From IMG/VR virus record IMGVR_UViG_3300026907_000032, positions 1 through 41,705 of that record: DNA of 41,705 nucleotides; one strand, written 5' to 3'. Source of the stretch: a virus. Its lineage: Duplodnaviria; Caudoviricetes. The notes under the pieces are model-generated. The model did no database searches. It saw nothing but the letters and a program-made list of their open reading frames with translations, and was not told the DNA's origin. The stretch's first letter is position 1, and every line of letters begins with the position of its first letter. Of the stretch, positions 34,966 to 41,705 are shown piece after piece. The translations under genes were made by a program, and so were the position numbers.

Positions 34966-37131
34966 ATGGCCAGGACCACCAACAGCACCAAGACCACCAA
35001 CAGCAAATCACCGCAAGACAAGACGCAGACCGTCACTATTCACGACCAGAAGCTGGAGCGCGGCGCCGGCGGCGAGCTGCACCAGCCGGCCGAAACAGAC
35101 GCGCCTGTGCTGACAACCGCCCAGGGAGGACCGGTTGCCGACGACCAGAATTCTCTGCGGATCGGCGCGCGCGGGCCGCTTGTCGTGGATGATTTCCATT
35201 TCCGTGAGAAAATCTTCCACTTCGACCACGAGCGTATTCCCGAGCGCGTGGTGCATGCACGCGGTTACGGCGCGCACGGCTTCTTCGAGACCTACGAATC
35301 CTTTTCCGCCTATACCAGGGCGGATTTCCTGCAGCGAGCGGGCGAAAAGACCCCGGCCTTCGTCCGCTTCTCAACGGTTGCCGGCAACAAGGGTTCGGCC
35401 GACCTTGCGCGCGATGTGCGTGGTTTCGCCGTCAAGCTCTACACCCAGGAAGGCAACTGGGATCTCGTCGGCAACAATATTCCGGTGTTCTTCATTCAGG
35501 ACGCCATCAAGTTCCCCGACCTGATCCATGCCGCCAAGCAGGAACCGGACCGGGCCTTTCCGCAAGCCCAGACCGCCCATGACACGTTCTGGGACTTCAT
35601 CAGCCTGACGCCGGAAAGCATGCACATGATCATGTGGGCCATGTCGGACCGGACCATACCGCGGTCCTTCCGTTTCATGGAAGGTTTCGGCGTCCACACT
35701 TTCCGCCTGGTCAATGCCAAGGACGAATCGACCTTCGTCAAGTTCCACTGGAAGCCGAAGCTTGGGCTTCAGTCGGTCGCCTGGAACGAGGCGGTCAAGA
35801 TCAACGGTGCCGATCCCGACTTCCACCGCCGCGACCTCTGGCAGGCCATCCAATCCGGCAACTTCCCGGAATGGGAATTGCAGGTGCAGCTGTTTGACCA
35901 GGACTTTGCCGACAGCTTCGACTTCGACGTGCTCGACCCGACAAAGATCATTCCCGAGGAAATACTAAAGCCGCAGCCGATCGGACGGCTGGTGCTTGAC
36001 CGCATGCCCGACAACTTCTTCGCCGAGACCGAGCAGGTCGCCTTCATGACCCAAAACGTGCCGCCGGGCATCGACTTCAGCAATGATCCGCTGTTGCAGG
36101 GCCGGAACTTCTCCTATCTCGACACCCAGCTGAAACGGCTTGGCGGGCCAAACTTCACCCACCTGCCCATCAATGCGCCGAAGTGTCCCTTTGCGCATTT
36201 CCAGCAGGATGGCCACATGGCCATGCGTAATCCTGTCGGCAGGGCGAATTACCAGCCGAACTCGTTTGGTGAAGGTCCGCGGGAATCGCCGAGCCACGGC
36301 TATCGCCATTTCCCGGCCGAAGAAAAGGGAAGCAAGGCGCGGCTACGCCCGGAAAGCTTTGCTGATCATTACAGCCAGGCCCGACAATTCTATATCAGCC
36401 AGACACCACCCGAGCAGCGTCACATCGCCGCCGCCCTGACATTCGAACTGAGCAAGGTGGAAACACCTGTTATCCGCGAACGCATGGTATCGCATCTGAT
36501 GAACATCGACGAGACGCTGGCAACCACCGTTGCGCAGAAGCTGGGATTAAAGTCGATGCTGAAGCCGGCGGATGCGGCCATGCCGACCCGTCAGGATCTG
36601 GAGCCCTCACCGGCACTCAGCATCGTCGAGCGCGGCCCCAGGCGCTTCGAAGGCCGCAAGCTCGGTATCCTCGTCACCGATGGGGTCGATGCCAAGCTGC
36701 TGAATGGCCTGATGTCGGCGATTGCGAGGGAGAAAGCCGTCTGCGAACTGATCGCGCCGAAAGTCGGCGGCGTCACTGCCTCGGATGGCAGCTGGTTCGA
36801 GGCCCATCACATGATCGATGGCGGGCCGTCCGTTCTTTTCGATGCGGTCGCACTGCTGACCTCCGTCGAAGCGATAGACGATCTGGTCAATGAGGCAACG
36901 GCGCGGGACTTCGTGGCCGATGCCTTCCAGCACTGCAAGTTCATCGGCTATGATCAGTCGGCGCTGCCCTTGCTGGAAAAAGCCGGCATTGCCGACGCTC
37001 TTGATGAGGGCACCGTTGCCCTCCCCGGGGAGGAAGGCCTCGCCGGCTTCGTATCGAACCTCGGCAAGCTTCGTATCTGGGGTCGGGAACCTTCGGTAAA
37101 GCTCGGAAAGGCTTCACCGCCAGTGAAATGA
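34966..37131 (+). CDS. katE: Large-subunit monofunctional catalase (HPII/KatE type)
   Basis: [26 protein letters not shown] heme ligand motif; C-terminal DJ-1-like domain; AGGAG RBS gives start 34966. Confidence 0.97.
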   Translation: MARTTNSTKTTNSKSPQDKTQTVTIHDQKLERGAGGELHQPAETDAPVLTTAQGGPVADDQNSLRIGARGPLVVDDFHFREKIFHFDHERIPERVVHARGYGAHGFFETYESFSAYTRADFLQRAGEKTPAFVRFSTVAGNKGSADLARDVRGFAVKLYTQEGNWDLVGNNIPVFFIQDAIKFPDLIHAAKQEPDRAFPQAQTAHDTFWDFISLTPESMHMIMWAMSDRTIPRSFRFMEGFGVHTFRLVNAKDESTFVKFHWKPKLGLQSVAWNEAVKINGADPDFHRRDLWQAIQSGNFPEWELQVQLFDQDFADSFDFDVLDPTKIIPEEILKPQPIGRLVLDRMPDNFFAETEQVAFMTQNVPPGIDFSNDPLLQGRNFSYLDTQLKRLGGPNFTHLPINAPKCPFAHFQQDGHMAMRNPVGRANYQPNSFGEGPRESPSHGYRHFPAEEKGSKARLRPESFADHYSQARQFYISQTPPEQRHIAAALTFELSKVETPVIRERMVSHLMNIDETLATTVAQKLGLKSMLKPADAAMPTRQDLEPSPALSIVERGPRRFEGRKLGILVTDGVDAKLLNGLMSAIAREKAVCELIAPKVGGVTASDGSWFEAHHMIDGGPSVLFDAVALLTSVEAIDDLVNEATARDFVADAFQHCKFIGYDQSALPLLEKAGIADALDEGTVALPGEEGLAGFVSNLGKLRIWGREPSVKLGKASPPVK

Positions 37132-37424
37132 AATCACCAGCGGGCGCGGCAGCGATGCCGCGCTTGGTGGCGCAGGCACCTTCGGGAAAGGAATATCCAC
37201 AGCGACTGGTTAGCCGAGGTCGGAGGCAGTCAGGATATTCATATTACGACGCGATTTGGCGTAGACTTTCTGTGCCGCGGCATAGATGGCCGTCGCGTAT
37301 CGCTCAACCCTTCCTCAAAGGAAAACCTGCCTCCGGCATTCGGCCGGCGGCTTTTTGTCGTCTCCTCATGTGGTGGTGCTGCGCTTGGTGGGCGCGGATA
37401 GAAGCTATTCGATTGTGAGGGCAG

Positions 37425-38120
37425 TCAAGGTGGGGTCGTGCGCCGCATTCTCGCGTGTATCGGCTTACGCTGCGTAATCTTTCCGCTACTGACGGACCTT
37501 CTTCCCAAGTCCGTCAAGTGCCAGCTTCTGTGGCCGGATGGATCGCGTTCGACCTCTACCAGTGCCCCCAATTCAGTTAGTTGCTCCATCCTTTTGATAC
37601 CTGCACCCGGTATTACGTTGGGAGTGATGCAAGAAGGATTGTTCACCATGTAGCGCAATATTGGCTCAAGGTTGCCGCTGATCTGGGGCGCCGTGGAGCC
37701 ATTGTTTTTTTTGTTTCGTGCTTTTGTTGGCGGGCCATTCCCCCTCTTTGGTCGCGTGATCCTCTCCCATTCCTTCTCGAGGGCTTTAGATTTTTTCTCC
37801 TCTTCCTTCTGACTAATATCGCGCCAGAAAAGCGCCTCATCTCTCCATTCTTTCACGACGTATTCCATCTGCGGGGCAGATTCAATTTTGCGCACGATGA
37901 CGCACCAGCCGTGATCATTATTAACGCTGTCGATGAAGTAACGGCGCTGGACGCTGTAAAATTGATAAACATCATGAAGGTGCCACATGACATAGGTATC
38001 GCCGACGTCGGGGACTGACCCGCGAAAGTGACTCTCGTCGGCGGAGATCAACGGCTCAAGGTCGCCGTCCGGATCAATCGCCCAAACTCGAACGCTGAAA
38101 CCTTCCTTATCCTCGTCCAT
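37425..38120 (-). CDS. Hypothetical protein with C-terminal winged-helix-like segment
   Basis: GGAGGT RBS; long ORF; W.LTDLGR wing motif. Confidence 0.65.
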   Translation of the reverse strand: MDEDKEGFSVRVWAIDPDGDLEPLISADESHFRGSVPDVGDTYVMWHLHDVYQFYSVQRRYFIDSVNNDHGWCVIVRKIESAPQMEYVVKEWRDEALFWRDISQKEEEKKSKALEKEWERITRPKRGNGPPTKARNKKNNGSTAPQISGNLEPILRYMVNNPSCITPNVIPGAGIKRMEQLTELGALVEVERDPSGHRSWHLTDLGRRSVSSGKITQRKPIHARMRRTTPP

Positions 38121-38240
38121 TTGACCTCCACCGCAAAAAAAACGCCGCCGGCACAAATGCCGAAAGATTTTCGTTCTCCTCAGTGTGGTGAATACGGTTG
38201 GTGGCCGTGGGTGAAGGCTATTCTGTCGTTCCTATAGCGG

Positions 38241-38468
38241 TCAAGCTTTTATGGTGACGCCGTATCCATCAACAATATCACCGGCTTTAACGAACACGAT
38301 GCCCATCGCCTCCATGGCTGTCCTCATGGCATCGACGGTGCGCTGCTTGAGCTCATCGCCCTTTTCGAAGCGTGTAACAGTGTTCGTGGAAACGTCCGCC
38401 GCCTCCGCCAGTTCGCGCACGCCCCATTCAAGGGCAATTCGAGCCATGCGGCACTGTACCGGCAACAT
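38241..38468 (-). CDS. XRE-family HTH regulator (75 aa)
   Basis: QCRMARIALEWGVRELAEAADVSTNTVTRFEKG; real start 38468. Confidence 0.88.
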   Translation of the reverse strand: MLPVQCRMARIALEWGVRELAEAADVSTNTVTRFEKGDELKQRTVDAMRTAMEAMGIVFVKAGDIVDGYGVTIKA

Positions 38469-38480
38469 TTTTATAATCCT

Positions 38481-38546
38481 GTAGCGATTTCGCGTTGACG
38501 TAGCGATTTTTAAGATGTATTGGTTACACAGTAGCGAAAACGCTAC
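38481..38546. promoter_or_regulatory. Divergent control region with GTAGCG operators
   Basis: Palindrome GTAGCG-aaaa-CGCTAC (38531-38546); half-sites GTAGCGATTT at 38481 and 38500; TTGACG at 38495. Confidence 0.65.
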
Positions 38547-38573
38547 AGAATGGCAACCGAGGAGCACAGTGAA

Positions 38574-39014
38574 ATGACGTATGGCGCAAGAAGAAGTGAA
38601 CCTGCGCGGAGCAATGCGAGAGAGCAATTGCCGCGCGCGCTGGTAGGCAGAAGACGACCTACCTTCCTTGAGCATGACATTGCCGCCGCTTCCCAGGCGG
38701 CACACTACTACAGGCCATCCCAAGGCCAGAACCGTTGCGCCATGGAGATTGATGGCGAACGCGTTCTGGTGGATGTGAGCACATTCACCATTCATGATGA
38801 GCGCGCCGTAGTGCTGCGTCATGATGGCAGCATCGGTATCGAGTTTGTCTCCACCGAAGAATCCTATCCCCAACATAACGGTCGCCGCACTGCTTGGGGA
38901 CGCTCCCGAAAGAACCATGGTGGCGGAATAGTACGCGAAGCCGTTACCGTCATTGGCAAGGTCATTGAACCTGAAATTTTCTACGGCGCCACAATTGACG
39001 GAGTAACGTCATGA
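38574..39014 (+). CDS. Hypothetical protein, possibly degenerate S24/LexA-C-like fold
   Basis: AMEIDGERVLVD...VTVIGKVI pattern; divergent from the XRE gene; start uncertain. Confidence 0.5.
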   Translation: MTYGARRSEPARSNAREQLPRALVGRRRPTFLEHDIAAASQAAHYYRPSQGQNRCAMEIDGERVLVDVSTFTIHDERAVVLRHDGSIGIEFVSTEESYPQHNGRRTAWGRSRKNHGGGIVREAVTVIGKVIEPEIFYGATIDGVTS

Positions 39015-39199
39015 CTTGGCAGCAAATCTACCCCGAGGGCTCGACCGTCTTCATCGGCCGCGACAGCTACACGGCAAGGCACAATCCCTACTTCCCTGGC
39101 ATCGACCTTTATCAGGGCGGCGAGCGCGTCATGACGGTGTGTCCAGATTATCTGCCGCAGGTCGCTACTGGAGTGATGACCGAGGGAGAAGCACGATGA
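39011..39199 (+). CDS. Small hypothetical phage protein
   Basis: ATGA overlaps on both sides. Confidence 0.7.
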   Translation: MTWQQIYPEGSTVFIGRDSYTARHNPYFPGIDLYQGGERVMTVCPDYLPQVATGVMTEGEAR

Positions 39200-39561
39200 C
39201 CGGCGCTGCCCGAGAAGCCTCCGCGATATCATTCTTGCGAAGGATGACTTCGCTTTACGCCGAACTTGATACCGTCTGGAGTCGGCACGGTGAATTGCCC
39301 GACGAAGTCAGCGATGCCATCGTCGATGCTGCAGGGCTGTTGTGCGATGCGATTATCAATGCTCCGATTAAGTGCGAGGACGACATTGCTCGCAAGCTTC
39401 GGTTCGCTGCAGATCTTGTGTCCAGCAAAGACGGAGTAATGTTAGCCGAGCACCCAGCCGTCGAGCGCGCCCTGCGCGACCTGATCGCATTTCGCGAGGC
39501 TGAACTGCGCGTTGACAAGCGCCTGATCGATCGACTTCAGTCGGCATCCGCTCACCACTAG
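39196..39561 (+). CDS. Hypothetical helical protein
   Basis: ATGA coupling; AP....DDIARKL pattern. Confidence 0.7.
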   Translation: MTGAAREASAISFLRRMTSLYAELDTVWSRHGELPDEVSDAIVDAAGLLCDAIINAPIKCEDDIARKLRFAADLVSSKDGVMLAEHPAVERALRDLIAFREAELRVDKRLIDRLQSASAHH

Positions 39562-39802
39562 TTCACTGTGTCAGCCCTCCGCATTCGGGCTGGCCGACTT
39601 GCCGCAGCGCGCCTTCGGGCAGCGCGCGGTATTTTATTCCGACAGAAATAGCGACGGCGTAGTCACCACCTAGGCCTCACCAGCAACGAACCGTCGCGGC
39701 TCCGCTCCCACTTGGTTGAGCGGAGCCAAATTTTTATCAGGCGAAACTGGACTTTTGAGAGGCTTGTTCTGAAAGTTTCGTCACCAAAATAGAGGAGGAC
39801 GC

Positions 39803-40054
39803 ATGCGCGCAGCAAACGACAACAGCCCGCTATACCTTTCTGAAGCTTCGATCGCGGCGCGCATCCTTGGCCCGAAGGCAAAAACGCAATGGGATGCGCT
39901 TGCATTGATCTGGGAGCGAGAAGGGTTGCCGAGGATTGATCCTCTCACCGGCTGCCGCTACTGGCCAGCTGTGCGCGCATTTCTTGATCGTCGGCATGGA
40001 TTGAGCCAGAGCACGCCGCCATCATCTGTCGATGGCTTGGAGAATTGGTCATGA
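39803..40054 (+). CDS. Excisionase-like winged-helix protein
   Basis: GLPRIDP..GCRYWPAVRAFLD; GAGGAGG RBS; ATGA overlap with integrase. Confidence 0.75.
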   Translation: MRAANDNSPLYLSEASIAARILGPKAKTQWDALALIWEREGLPRIDPLTGCRYWPAVRAFLDRRHGLSQSTPPSSVDGLENWS

Positions 40055-41256
40055 CCGACGCGCCTGGCCTGAAACGGAAGCGCAATAAAGACGGATCGTA
40101 CCGGGAGTATTGGGAGGCACGCGCCGACATAGCAAAGCGTGGCTATCGACCGTCTTCTGTTCGACTTCACTACCCGGAGACACCCGAAGGACGCCAGCAA
40201 CTGGCGGCACGATGCCGCATTCTCCAAGCTGAAATGCTCGCGTGGTCGGCTACCGGCGAACATAGGGCACGCGGCTACGACGGTACGATTAAGAGCCTGT
40301 CTCGCGCCTATCAGACAAACGAAGATTCGCCACTGCATTCGATGAAATGGAACAGCCGCGAGAACGTGGTCAAGTCCCTCAAGATTATCGAGGCGACCGT
40401 AGGGGCAAGGCACGTGAGCAAGCTGCTGGGCCCGGATTTCAAGCGGTGGCACGCTGCATGGGCGCAGCCTAGGGACGGTCAGCTAAAGCCTCGGCCGTGG
40501 CGAGCCAAACACGCCATGGATACAGTGCGCCAGTTGATAGGCTATGGGGTCACTCTGGGGCACGAAGATTGCTTCCGGGCCGACACCATCCTCAGCAAAA
40601 TTCGGTTCAAGGCGCCGCCTGCGCGCACGTCCGTGATGACCATCGAACACGTCAACGCTCTGCGAACAGCCGCACATTTCGAAGGCTTCCCTTCGATTGC
40701 CCTCGCCACCGTACTGCAGTTTGAACTCGCGCTTCGCCAAAAGGACGTGGTGGGCGAATGGGAACCACGGGACGAGACAGACGATGGCGGCATCACCTAC
40801 CGAGACAAGCGCTGGGTCAATGGCTTGGTGTGGTCCGACATCGACGACGATCTAATACTGCGCAAGGTCCACACAAAGACGGGCTTCGCTGTCGAACATG
40901 ATTTGAAGCTGCACCCCGCCGTCCTTCAGGAAATCGACAGGGTTCCAGCCGGCAAGAGGGTCGGCCCAATCATCATTTCTGAGGCAACTGGCGTTCCTTA
41001 CAAGAACCGCAAATTTACCGAGCGGTGGCGCAAGGTTGCCGATAAGGCCGGTCTACCGAAGCACGTCTGGAACATGGATGCGCGTGCCGGCGCCATCACC
41101 GAAGCTTACGACTTAGGCGCCTCGGAAACTGACGTCATGAAATCAGCAGGACACAAAAACCGCCAAACCAGTGCCCGCTACAATCGCGGCACCATCAACC
41201 AGACCAACCGCGTTGCCGAAATGCGTCTGGCAAAACGTACCGAGAACAGCGAGTGA
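40051..41256 (+). CDS. int: Tyrosine recombinase/integrase
   Basis: LRQKD (R); HTKTG (K); NMDARAG (R); AGH; SARY (Y). Confidence 0.9.
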   Translation: MTDAPGLKRKRNKDGSYREYWEARADIAKRGYRPSSVRLHYPETPEGRQQLAARCRILQAEMLAWSATGEHRARGYDGTIKSLSRAYQTNEDSPLHSMKWNSRENVVKSLKIIEATVGARHVSKLLGPDFKRWHAAWAQPRDGQLKPRPWRAKHAMDTVRQLIGYGVTLGHEDCFRADTILSKIRFKAPPARTSVMTIEHVNALRTAAHFEGFPSIALATVLQFELALRQKDVVGEWEPRDETDDGGITYRDKRWVNGLVWSDIDDDLILRKVHTKTGFAVEHDLKLHPAVLQEIDRVPAGKRVGPIIISEATGVPYKNRKFTERWRKVADKAGLPKHVWNMDARAGAITEAYDLGASETDVMKSAGHKNRQTSARYNRGTINQTNRVAEMRLAKRTENSE

Positions 41257-41335
41257 GGGACGCGCCGGGGACGTTTGAGGGACGTCGACGGTAACCAACT
41301 GAATTTCCTTTTTTATTTGGTCCACGGTCACAGGA
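41254..41335. other. Prophage att junction with arm-type repeats
   Basis: GGGACG at 41257, 41268 and 41279 (11-bp period); radC homology stops at ~41330. Confidence 0.7.
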
Positions 41336-41705
41336 TGCGGAACTGTTCGCGCGTTTCATGGGCCATGGCGGCATGACAATAATCAATGACCGATGACCAG
41401 GAACCGAGAACCTGCTTGTTGCGGATTTCGCTTTTCAGCATGCGCTGGGAAACCGAAGCGACGAGCTTCAGATCGAGAGCCACGGCTTCGCCGACGCCTT
41501 TCACCTCCTGCAGCAGCGGCAAAGGTGCGCCAAGCACGCCGCCAAGGGTTCCGAAGCGGGCAATCAGCGCCTTTGCGATGGGTTTGGTATCGCGCCTCGG
41601 GATCAGCCGGAACAGCAGGAGTTCCAGCAATTCGTAGTCGGCAAGTGCGGCGTCGCCGCCATCGCGATAACGCGTCCGCAGCCGGTCCCGGTGACCGTGA
41701 TAGTG
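41328..41705 (-). pseudogene. radC: 5' part of host radC (JAB domain), interrupted by the prophage
   Basis: [10 protein letters not shown]...[23 protein letters not shown]...EQFRIL then TGA, where intact RadC continues into the JAB domain; runs off the window edge. Confidence 0.9.

Larger units (their letters stand above)
570..41330. mobile_element. HK97-like prophage integrated in radC (left boundary not resolved)
   Basis: Complete packaging, head, tail and lysis modules plus xis-int next to the broken host gene. Confidence 0.92.

Noticed and set aside
37128..37418. 96-aa ORF overlapping the katE stop
   Set aside because: No recognisable motif and low-information composition; probably junction debris despite the ATGA overlap
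1..41705. tRNA, rRNA or IS transposase genes
   Set aside because: None recognised by eye; the att site is in radC, not a tRNA gene

Overview
The window is most of an HK97-like (siphovirus-type) prophage of an alphaproteobacterium, probably Rhizobium/Agrobacterium (inferred from gene content and promoter motifs). Left to right it contains a short host-like stretch, a truncated primase/helicase C-terminus and an origin-like palindrome, then VRR-NUC, HNH/cos/terminase, head, tail and lysis modules, and an excisionase-integrase pair. The integrase abuts a host radC gene that is cut mid-codon-run at the att junction. The most notable content is the cargo. (1) Five separate morons (csbD, a micropeptide plus membrane protein, a 55-aa ORF plus DUF982, yciF/DUF892, katE) each carry a G(G/A)AAC-N16/17-NNTT general-stress (EcfG/RpoE-type) promoter, forming a distributed stress regulon. 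(2) A DUF3800 gene overlaps a compact structured RNA at its 3' end. (3) An operator-in-promoter, 22-aa peptide, hairpin, XRE module is present. (4) Four phage proteins carry an ssrA-tag-like (A/P)ANDN or ADNDN motif. Several small ORFs, a -1 frameshift site and sRNA candidates are absent from the ORF track. All family assignments come from motif recognition and gene order; no database search was run.
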